DNA of 64,000 bases from Utricularia gibba (lineage: Eukaryota; Plantae; Magnoliophyta). The stretch covers positions 372,001 to 436,000 of the forward strand of contig NEEC01000007.1 in assembly GCA_002189035.1 (NCBI GenBank), given 5' to 3'. Under the pieces are notes generated by a model. That model was not told where the DNA came from and searched no databases. It worked only from the letters and a program-made list of their open reading frames with translations. This document shows, one piece after another, positions 53,604 through 64,000 of the stretch. How positions within the stretch are numbered: position 1 is the first letter of the stretch; every line of letters begins with the position of its first letter. A program made the position numbers and the translations under genes.

Positions 53604-55978
53604 TCAAAGGTGTACGGGGATTCGGAGTCCATCGTGTGCAAGCTGCACCGTTATTCCTTCTCTGTGGAAAGAAAAAAACAAGGGAGCATGGATGAATCGT
53701 GTAGCTTACAGTTAAAAATAATGGAAGTGGTTCAGATTTAATGAGCATTGTCGAGATTTCTGGGATAGAACTGGAACTGAATAACTCTTAGCAACTTGTA
53801 GTCATTCAGTGACATCAAACAGGAACTTATCCCTACTTCCTTCAGTAAGTTAGCAGTGAGCTTGATACCTGGCTGACCATTCCTTGAGTAATTCATTGTC
53901 TCTCTGATGATCAAACTCGTGACTCATACCGATAAGCAGCGCTTGCTTGGGGCGTAATCTCTTGATGGCATCAAGCGTCTGAAAAGCGAACGATACAACA
54001 TTAGCATTTCCCCCAAAGAGGAATCTCAAAAGGTATGTAATAGGAACCAAACCTGAGGAAAGCAGAAATGCGTGTTGTGTGATCCACTCTGCAAGTAAAA
54101 AATATGGCTTCGGAGTTCATTTGATGTACACATATATACAACAGGCGTCATGAACAAGTAGCTCACCTTGTAAAGTGTATCCAGGATAAGGATATCTAGT
54201 TGCCGACCATTAGCCTTAGAAATATCTACAGGAGGAAGAGCAAATCAGAAGATGAACATAGAAAGAACCAAATCCATTGGAAAAGATTAGTGAACACTTG
54301 TTACATTGCTCGGTAGTTGGGAGAAAGCGTGTAATGTCCGATATATATGCAATTTTGTGTCTTTCACCGAAGAGAAATCCCAAGCAAACATAGTCTTCAC
54401 CATGCATCACCTGATGCGAATGTTCCAAGGTCAAGGAGGTTTTTTTAAGCAATGAGAATGCAAAAGAAAAGTTTCTCCACTCGAAAAACTGACTGGCAGT
54501 GGAGAGAATTGCAACCCAGACGCTACGAATGGCTTTGAAGGATCATTCTCTATGACCCTCCAGTCAAACTGTGCTACTCGTCTAATTTCCTGGCCAGGCT
54601 TAGTCTTTTTCATGACCAAGTACGGGAATTTCTCTGCAATGCTGCAAGAAAAAGGCCATAGGATGAGGACTGATCTTGAAAAGATATCCACACAATGATT
54701 TATAACCACTCATACGTACAGAAAAAATCAGAGAACGAAGACAGAAAGTCTCAAGATAGCAAGCTGGCATTCTGTACCTCTGCATTGAAAATTCTGTGAG
54801 GTAGACAGGAGTTGGCTCAATATCATTTGTCGGGCTGAATGGTTGCACGGCTCGTACATCATCCAAACCAAGAACAGCATCAGCATGTTCATGAGTCAAT
54901 ACAATCTAGTATAAAAAGAAAACGAGTCATCAAATAAACAATGAGAAGATCATTGATCAGCTTAAAAACAACGCCCCACAAATTCAGATAGAAATCCCGT
55001 CATCTGAGTATGTATGCAAATCTCAACGTTCATCTACTTTTCCTTACGATTTGAAACTTTCTTAATGATGATAGATATTCTTTGAAAGAATTCAAAGGAA
55101 ATTGAAACAACTAAACTTACACACTCATGCCTTTCATCACAGTGCTGTAAATCTGGCAATGGCAAAAAATATGGGAAAAAAATTAACTAATTCCACATGT
55201 TCGACCAAGACGACTTACAGAATCGACATGTGGAATCTTGTAACGAGGGAACCATCGGAGAACTTGCTCCCTGAACGTCTTCCCGACATCTATGAGAATA
55301 TACTTATGTGTTGACTCTGAGTAGTAATCAATTAACAGGGATGTATTGCACCTGGACAACCTCAACCAGAGAAATTTCTTAAGCGAAAAATGCTAACAAA
55401 AGAATAAGTCAAGGTGGTAATTGTAGTTTTTCCTGGGAGATTCAATTACAACAGTTAGCTTTCTCCAAACTTCGAATCACCTTTCTATTTTGGATGCCAT
55501 AGCGCAGCATTACATACTCTATGATGCAAAATTTTTTCAGAGAAGAAAAAACTTCCGAAATAAACACAAAACAAGATTTTCTGAGCCAACGACTTCACAA
55601 TGCCAGATTAAGACGTCTGTCATGAGCCAATCCAAGAGAACTAACTCAACCTAACAACTAATGGTTTCAGTAAACTTGGCAAGCATGGTCAATTGGCCCA
55701 ATGAGATGATTACAACAAAGATTGAACCTGTAATCAGGGTTCTCGTGCGGCGGAATCAACAACGACTTAGAGCAGACTTGGCAAGGTGGATCGGAGGGCT
55801 GGATCAAGCAAAGCACATTAGGCAACGCGGTTGAACAACCAGTTCCAAGAAAAATCAGCGCCGATGTGGGATGCTCTCCGTTACAATTCTCCGGCATCTC
55901 AATGGCGGTGGCCATCTCCTCCGACGAGTTACCGCTAGATCTGCGTAACGGTCGCAGGAGAATAACGGAAGAATCCAT
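53604..55978 (-). CDS. Metallo-beta-lactamase-fold hydrolase (PhnP/C777.06c-like, At1g30300-like), 9 exons
   Basis: LIFLGTGCS...CNTSLLID...ILIDVGKTFREQVLRWF...LTHEHADAVLGLDD...VMHGEDYVCLGF...AYISD...LILDTLYK...GMSHEFDH...QLAHDGLRIPVHL*; junctions in frame. Confidence 0.9.
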
Positions 55979-56305
55979 AACGGAATCACACGAGTTTTAT
56001 GCTCGTTAAGGTAGATGGGCCCCACCTTGAAAAAGTTGACTTTTTATTAGTATAATGGAGGATTAATCCTTCTCAAAACATTTGTTAGGGAGGGTTTTCT
56101 CATGAGTCAACTCCCAAATTTCTCTCCCCCAATAAAGATTGAAGCTTTGCTGTGACTCAGGGTACTGCAATTCTTGAGGTGTTCTTTTCACCAACTCGTG
56201 GCCCTCCGAAATGTAGAAAATTTCGTTAATTCGTGGTGCCCCTCGAAGAATTTGAGGTTTTTTCGGCGGGTTTTCAAGGTTTGTGGTATCATTGATTCCT
56301 TTCAG

Positions 56306-58680
56306 ATGAATTCGTGTGTGTTTGCCATTTTAAATTCACGTTCTCATTTGAATGCGTCTACTCTTCGTTTGTTTTCATCGTTCATTCTCGAATATATACG
56401 TAGAGGAGATGGGAGTAGAGGATATTCTGCTGGCAGACAACGTGTTTTGGGTGGAAATGAGCAAATTCGTTGTGAAGAATCCTCATTTTTTAGCTCAGTT
56501 GCTAATAGGGAGAGTTGGGGTGAAGAGAAGTCCAGTCCTGATGCCTACAATGAGTCTGAAACAGAAGTTGGGAAGAGCGAGGAAGATATTGATGATGAAT
56601 TTGGGTTTTTGAGTTCATTCAGATTGACAGATGAAATCGCACCCGAATTTGAAGTTGATGAAAGTGAAAAACAACACCCTTTAGTTAGAGAGGCATGCCG
56701 ATTGATTGATTTCCGGTCATCATGGACCCCAAAACTGGAATCGGAGTTGAGGGGTTTGCTGCATAGTTTGAGTCCTAGCCAAGTTTGTGCTGTGCTTAGA
56801 TCTCAGTCTGATGAAAGAGTTGCTTTGAGGTTCTTTTATTGGGCTGACAGACAATGGAGGTATAGACACCACCCCATGGCATACCATACAATTCTCAAAA
56901 TGCTCAGCAAGACGAAGTTGTGCCAAGGGGCAAAGCGTGTTCTCCGGTTAATGATAAGAAGGGAAATCGAACTTTGGCCTGTGGATTTTGGTTGTGTGAT
57001 GGTGTCGCTCAGTAGAGCTGGCCATTTAAGGAAAGCTCTGCGAGTTCTGAACCTCATGTTAGGAGTTGGAGTTCGACTGGATATCTCTATTTGTAACACA
57101 ACCATCAATGCTTTGGTGGAAGGGGGTAAAGTGGAAATGGCGTGGAGGTTTCTGGAGAGGATGAAAGTGATTGGTATGTCTCCTAATGCCATATCTTACA
57201 ATGGCTTGATCAAGGGTTATTGTGAAAAAAATCGGATAGAAAATGCGATTTCTTTGATTGAGGATATGCCGTTAATGGGATGTCATCCTGATAAAGTAAG
57301 CTATCACACAGTTCTTGGGTTTTTATGCAAGGAGAAAAGGACTGATCAGGTGCGGTTTCTGTTGGAGAAGATGTCAAAGGAGAAGGAACTGCTTCCTGAT
57401 CAAGATACATACAACACTCTTATTCACATGCTTTCAAAGCATGGTCATTCAGAAGAAGCACTCGTGTTTTTAATTGAAGGAGAGGCGAAAGGCTTCCATT
57501 TTGACAAAGTAGGTCATACTGCAATTGTAAATAGCTTTTGTCAAGAAGGGAGAATTGACAGGGCGAAGGATATCATTGATAAAATGCTGATGAAGGGATG
57601 CAAACCAGATGTGGTGACATACACTGCTGTTTTGAATGCCTGTTGTAAATTAGGAGAGGTTGACAAAGCTAAGCAGTTGTTGAAACATATGTACAAGCAT
57701 GGTTATGAACCTAACTGTGTTTCATACACAGCCCTGCTTGATGGACTCTGTCGCATTGGCAAATCTTCGGAAGCACGAGAGATGATGAAGCTGAGTGCAG
57801 GGTGGTGGATTCCAAATGCAGTGACTTATGGTGCTCTCATGCATGGCTTTCGCCGAGAAGGAAAGCTACATGAGGCATGCGGCATGTTGGCTGAAATGAT
57901 CGAAAAAGGATTCTTGCCTTCCCCTGTTGAAATCAATCTCCTGATACAGTCTCTTTGTCAAGCGGGAAAACCAGATGAAGCAAAGAAGCTAATGGAGGAG
58001 TGTCTAAGGAAGGGGTGCTCTGTCAATGTTGTGAACTTCACTTCAGTAATCCATGGCTTCTGTATGAAGGATGATATAAATTCAGCCCTTTCTGTTTTTG
58101 ATGACATGTATCTGAACAACAAGAACCCCGATGCAGTTACATACACAGCTCTAATCGATGCACTTGCAAGGCGAGGAAGGATCGAAGAGGCCACTGCAAT
58201 GACCATCAAGATGCTTCAAAAGGATCTGCCCCAACACCAGTTACATACAGGTCTGTGATCCATCATTTCTGCCAACTGAACAGGGTGGATGACTTGCTGA
58301 TGCTGTTAAAACGAATGCTTTCAAGGCAAAGCTTCAAAAGCGTATACAACTTAATCATTGAGAAGCTTTGCTATTTTGGACATGTAGATGAGGCTTATAA
58401 ACTCTTGGGAAAGGTCCTGCGAACAGCTTCTAAAACTGATGCAAAAACATGCCATGTTTTGATGACCAAGTTTTTGAAGAATGGAGATCCTCTTGGCTCC
58501 TACAGAGTGGCTTGCAGGATGTTCAACCGAAACATGATCCCCGACTTGAAGCTATGCGAGAAAGTTTGTAAAAGATTGGTCTCGCTTCAGAAAACCAACG
58601 AGGCCGATATGCTTATGCTGAAGTTTGTGGAGCGTGGGCATGTCTCAGCTAAGGCTAGAGATAAGAGATACAACACCTGA
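56306..58680 (+). CDS. P-class pentatricopeptide repeat protein (At1g30290-like); 1-nt deletion at 58229-58232
   Basis: ATG at 56306 directly after a ttcag acceptor; DERVALRFFYWADRQWRYRH followed by many PPR repeats. ORFs 56174-58258 and 58255-58680 join via PTPVTYRSVIHHFC if one base is added. Confidence 0.9.
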
Positions 58681-61600
58681 TGAAGATCCCCATAAAGCAT
58701 CAACAATCGTTGAATGAATCCAAAGTTGAACATTCTTGGTGAAAACAAACATCCTCAAGGTAATCTATTCAGCTTTCACACTTTCACATACTGAATTTCA
58801 TTTCCTGATATCAAGATCCTTTCTTCTTAAAGTTCAAGGAGCAAGCAAAGTAGTCTCCCCTGTGATGAACAGGTTTCTCTGCTAAATTCTTCCCAGCTTC
58901 TCCACAAATACACTACATCTAGAGGGCTTCACTAAATCTATGTCCTCTTTCAGTATAAAAAGGTTAGTTGAATTACTTCAACACAACCCTGGCCTCATTA
59001 CAACATGGAAAGCTCTTGCCTGTTCTCTTTACAATGTGCTGATTTTGGCTGTGTTTCTAGCATACAAACTCAGCCGAATGTGTCCACCCCCCTGGACATC
59101 CTCAATGGCTGATGGCACAATATTATGGATGGGGATTTTGACAGGAGAAGCAATGTGAGACCCAGACTTCTTCTTAAACTTGCTACTGCAAACACCACAG
59201 GCCGAGACCTCACTCACCTGGTTGCTGCTCATGCTTCTCTGATGTAATTGGCCTGTAGAAGGGGAAGAGTTGAAATAGTAGCCACGTGGCCCAACACAGC
59301 TGTCATAAAACCCAAATTAATTTGTCATCTTTATTTAAATCATTTTTCATTTTATACTAGCATATTTTAATTATTTTAAAATAAAAAAACTATTGAAGGG
59401 CATTTTATTTGGGAGGAATTTGGCATGGTGTGCTTGTTGTGGTATTGGGAAGATTTTTTAAATTAGGATATAAAAAATAGCAAGTTTCATACAAACAGAA
59501 ATACTTATTTGGAATTTTTCGATCATTAGCTTTTCTTCATTGAAATGTGGCCTCATAAGTTTAGCCACCTATCAATTTTTAATTCCAAGTGTCCTCAAGC
59601 AAAAAAAAAAAACAATGATATTTCAGAATCTTCTAGAATTAATCAATTAATGTTTTTTGACACAAAAAAAATGAAATAGTAGAAAACTTTAAGACAGTTA
59701 TGCAAAAAGCCTGCTGTTGATTTTAGCTTGTTTATTAGTTGGTAAAAAAATATTTTAATGGAAATTAAAAATAAAATTAATATAAAATAACATTACTTTT
59801 TATAGATTTGTTTTCTTTTTTTTTTTTTGCATTTGTTTTAACAATATCATTTTAAACAATTAATTATAAAACGGGCACCCGGGTTTTAATAAAAATGATA
59901 TATTTAATTCCTATTGGCATATTTCATTTTTTAATTTTAACCTATCAAATATATTCAATTCTTGACATATCGATTATATTTAATTTCTAATTTTTTTATT
60001 TTTATTGTTTAAATACCAATTACAATTAATCCTTAATATTTAAAAATCAAATATATGTGGTCTTCATTGTTTTATAATTTGATAAAATTGATTCACATTT
60101 TTCTGACCGACTCTACTTGGGTAATCGATGAATTATCGAAAATCGATTAAATTAATAAATCGAAAATGAATTTGTTATCATACAAAATAATCAGCATGCA
60201 CAATAAATACATAATTTAAATTTCCTGTGCATATTGGGGGGTATCGTACAATTTGGGCAGCAAAAGATAAAACAGCTCAAAAGAAGGGGTGAGGTGGTGC
60301 CACGAATCTTGATTTAAAAAACCACATTAAAATAAATATGGAAGGTAAAGGTGAGGTGCCACGTCACGACAAAATGTTTGTTAATTGAATAATATTATTT
60401 TATTACCCCCGACCAATAAAGCGATCTTTATTGCAGATTCATCCGTTACAGGCAGGAATGCGACGGCGAGGATCCCGATGTAATAATTAATGATTAATAA
60501 TTCATAAAATAGGGTACGGACCAAATAAACTCTGATCTGATGTTAGGGTTTGGAGCTGTCCACGTATGCAATCACATTGTATACCCTAAAGTCGCGTCCC
60601 CTAGTCCATGGCCACATCCCTTTTACATACCTACAAATAACCACATAAATAATTGGCGCCACTTAGGGTTCCCGATTCTTCCAAAATTATTTCCCAATCA
60701 CAACCCAACTCCAAGTGGTGTGAGAGCGAAATTATTTAAAAAATGAAATAATTGACACGATTTTGATTCAACTCATTATCATACATTGTTACATCTTCCG
60801 CTAAACATATCATATGGTAGGATTCGTGAATGTGTGTTGTTTGAATATGATGCGACGATTCACGCTACGCACAGCATATCATTTCAAAGTTTGTTCCAAA
60901 TTGATTGTATTGATTAACGAAAGACGGATCGTTCGATGAAGGTAGAAGCCTGAAATTTTGCATCATTCCATCATACTCACATATTCTGAAAACCGAAAAT
61001 TACCTTCGCGTCAAAATTGGAGTCGTGATCGTAGTATTTGCCAAAAAAGGGCAATTAGTGAACATGGTGCTCATATGCATACATTATGCTTTTGAAGCAA
61101 TGATGTCATTGCATTTGAGCTTAATCTTATCAAATTTTGGCGTTTTGGTGATGCTCCCAAACTATATGAGTGTTTGCAATTATTTGTAGCGTAGCGAATG
61201 CGATATTCCACATTGTGGGACTCCAATTGTGGATAAGGTAGAAGAAAACACGAGGGTGTTCGATAATTCCATTTCCAATAGCGTATATTTATGCTGGTAG
61301 CCAAACCAGGTGTTAGATGTAATAAGGTTAGTTTGATGCTATTTCACATGTCACACATGTAAAGGGGTTACTCACATGTCCAATCAAAACTTTGCTCCAA
61401 GGTTTTTTCTCACTTTTTATTAGAAAATTATTTAATTCCCTGTGAAAAAAGCAAATCATATTTGTAAGTATAGTTTAATGTGCCGTACCTTACGCTTTTT
61501 TTAAATACATTTTTAATGACAAAAAATTGTACGTAAAGACATGTGCATCCACGTTGTGGCTGATTATGAATCGTGTGTCTGTGCATTAAAACAACGATCG

Positions 61601-63511
61601 ACTAGGGTTAATGCTGTCCAAATGAGGACAGATTTGATTAGAAAAAGGGGCAAAACCCGACCCGGAATCCATTAAAGGTAGGGTTCCGAAGTTCTAATTC
61701 CGGCAAGCTCTACTCATCGAATGACTGTCTTTCTCGACCCCCAAATCTTTTTTTTTTTTTCATTTTATGGTTATAAAAAACACGTTTCTATTTATATATA
61801 ACCATGGTTAGGGGATGACGAGGCTGGAGAAGTCCTAATCCACTCACACTAGAGCAGCTGAAGCATCTCCGACCACAAGGTCAGATTAGGGCTACGATGC
61901 ATCATTGCATTACAGCAGCTCTTTCTTCACATAGTCAGTGTGTCGAATTGGGGTAATCCTCGTTGCAAGAAATCGAAAGAGTTATGGGAATGAATTTTCG
62001 CGAAACCCTGAGATGTATGCGCGATCTAAAGTTCAGATTCCTCCTTTTCAATAGCACTGCAGATTTGGGTTTTTAAAAAAGGGTTCAAAGATCGATCTTT
62101 TTTTATACCCATTACTCTAATCTTGGTGCTTATCCCATAAAGTCGATGAAACGCATTTTTCGAGCTATGGCGTGCAGAAGTGTTGAGATGAAGGCATCGA
62201 AGGCAGGCAGCTGGGTGGCATGAAAGGGATATTTTGTGCAGGCATATCAATAAATGTATGCTTGGCATGCAAAGAAAGGATAGAGGGAGGAAGAAGACAA
62301 TGGGGTCCAAATCGTATAATGTATGCAGGAAACAAACAGAAGAATGCGATGGGAATGGAAAGTGCTGGCTGGTATTTGTTTTGTTGCAGTTGTACCGGGC
62401 GTGGAATGGGGCAAGGCTCTGTAGTTCGTCCCTTGGGCCTATGCATTTGGTGTTTCTGGTGAGAGGGGCTTTTCGAAATAATGGTGGCCTCAGTAGATCC
62501 TAAGGAGGGGCACGTGGGCGTCTTGTTCCTTTCAGCGAGCCATCACTGCTAACCCTCTGGATCAAACTCGTGGAATCTAGTGGCTCTGCACAGGGGGATA
62601 TTTATATTTTAATCTTCAAAAAGTAGAATATGGGGTTGGTAACTTTTGTTTATGAACCAAAATGCATTTATATTTCATCATAAAATTATTTTTAAGATAG
62701 TTTTATGTAAGACCATAGGTGTGAGAGAGAATGTATTTAAATATAACAATTCTGATAATCTTGTATGAGTTATTTTTTTCAAAAGAATAAAATATAAAAT
62801 CGTAAAAATTGAATATCTAAAATAGATAATATCATATGTAAGAATAGATTGTTACATTTTTCATAAATTGTAACTATTTCAAATTTAAATAATATTTAAA
62901 ACATATTATAGTTATGAAAAAAATGCTATAAAATCAATTTTATAATCATATACGAGATACTGTTATTTAAAAAAAACAAAAATTAAAAATACTTCATATT
63001 TTTAAGAAATTACAGAATCTTAACTTTTATTTTTTATAAATAATTTTGAAAATTAATTTTCAAGAAGTTATGTCAAATCGAACCTTAGCTTATATTTAAC
63101 ATAATCACATGTAACTAAATTGTCGTAAAAACGTAAATCCGGACAGTTACTACTAACTCGAGTTATCTATTTCATTATAAGATATGGTTTCTAATGCGTC
63201 CATTTGTTACCCACAATTACACTAAAGAACAAAGTGGTCTTTTCCGGGAAAAAAAAGGAATTAAATTAAATGTATTAAAAAGTCTGGAATTATTCGTGTC
63301 AATCGCCGAATTTTTTGTAAAATTAAATAGGTGAACGGAAAACGAAATTAGAAAAAGGGGTAATTTATTCTACGTAAAGAACGACGTCGTTTCATAGTCC
63401 GGTATCCAAGGAAATTTGAACTATAAGAACATGCATGTCCAAGGTATATGTTCTTACAACTCACGGCAAAGCAACCACTCCCTCCTCCGCTGCCTCTGGG
63501 AAGAAACTCCG

Positions 63512-64000
63512 ATGGACCGGTCACGGCGAGAACCAGATCAACGTGGAAAACCAAGTCGCCACGCCCGTCGGTATGCGGAAGAAGATGAATTTTCCCCCCG
63601 CCGCGGGGATCCGATGGACGGCGATGATTTCGGCCCTGAAGATTTCAGAGACGTCTTCGGTGGTCCTCCGAGAACGGTTCTGTATCATTATTTCTCCAAC
63701 GGAAATACCAAATCTTCTCCCAGGGGGGTCTTCTACGAGGAGGTTTTCCGGCCGGCGGAGAAGGTAGCGCCGCCAACGGGGGTCCACCGATTTGGGCGGA
63801 GCTTGCCGGAATTCAAGATCCCGGCACCATATCGGAGCCCTGGAAAACGTGAAATCAATAGGTTTTATGATGATATCTTTGGTTGGGAAGGCGGGTGTGA
63901 GACTTTGGTGAGATCAAGATCGAGATCTATGGAAAACTCTGAGGCTTTGCTCAGTCCCGACGGCCACAGTCCTCCCCGTGTTTACGACGGCGCTGACGAC
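63512..64000 (+). CDS. J-domain/auxilin-like protein (At1g30280-like), 5' part; truncated by window end
   Basis: Not in the ORF track (no stop before the window end). The ATG at 63512 opens MDRSRRE...DFGPEDFRDVFGGPPRTVL...FYEEVFRP...FYDDIFG...RSRSRS, the recalled N-terminal motifs of this family; the J domain itself lies outside the window. Confidence 0.7.
   Translation, partial: MDRSRREPDQRGKPSRHARRYAEEDEFSPRRGDPMDGDDFGPEDFRDVFGGPPRTVLYHYFSNGNTKSSPRGVFYEEVFRPAEKVAPPTGVHRFGRSLPEFKIPAPYRSPGKREINRFYDDIFGWEGGCETLVRSRSRSMENSEALLSPDGHSPPRVYDGADD

Noticed and set aside
54860-54900. Metallo-hydrolase HxHxDH motif altered to HEHADA (apparent loss of a metal ligand)
   Set aside because: As I recall, this variant is normal for the plant C777.06c-like subfamily, so it is not specific to this locus.
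58740-59250. Minus-strand ORF fragments with Cys pairs (SACGVC, CICGEAG) after the PPR gene
   Set aside because: They are interrupted by stops in all frames and I could assign no family; probably 3'UTR or a decayed fragment.
61205-61222. USE-like motifs (TTCCACATTG and reverse TCCCACAATG) suggesting an snRNA or telomerase RNA promoter
   Set aside because: There is no correctly spaced TATA box and no recognisable snRNA or template sequence on either side.

Overview
Gene-dense eudicot nuclear DNA, not prokaryotic, so most of the ORF track is exon fragments or shadow ORFs. I reconstructed about 22 protein-coding loci plus one true pseudogene, with introns mostly 70-110 nt and very short intergenic gaps. 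In order: gamma-SNAP (5' end only), group IIe WRKY, three tandem berberine-bridge-enzyme-like (BBE) flavoproteins, fatty acid 2-hydroxylase, beta-tubulin, GlcNAc kinase, a small membrane protein, an ARF-GAP/C2 protein, NF-YA, mitochondrial RPL20, a CAT1-type amino acid transporter, a PHB/PHV-type HD-ZIP III, CCC1, an NPH3/BTB protein, a coiled-coil pseudogene, BRCA1, a PPR, a remorin, a metallo-beta-lactamase-fold hydrolase, a second PPR and a J-domain/auxilin-like gene (5' end only). The compaction suggests a miniaturised genome such as Lentibulariaceae (inference only). The most interesting biology is in the BBE array. Two paralogs replace the FAD 6-S-cysteinyl attachment Cys with Tyr and carry the Leu oxygen gatekeeper, while the third keeps Cys and the oxidase-type Val; one paralog also lacks the catalytic-triad Lys. 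Caveat: six otherwise intact genes each lack one base in a short G/C homopolymer, which most likely reflects long-read assembly error rather than pseudogenisation. No tRNA, rRNA, CRISPR array or intact transposon was found. Family names and Arabidopsis comparisons come from recalled sequences, not database searches.
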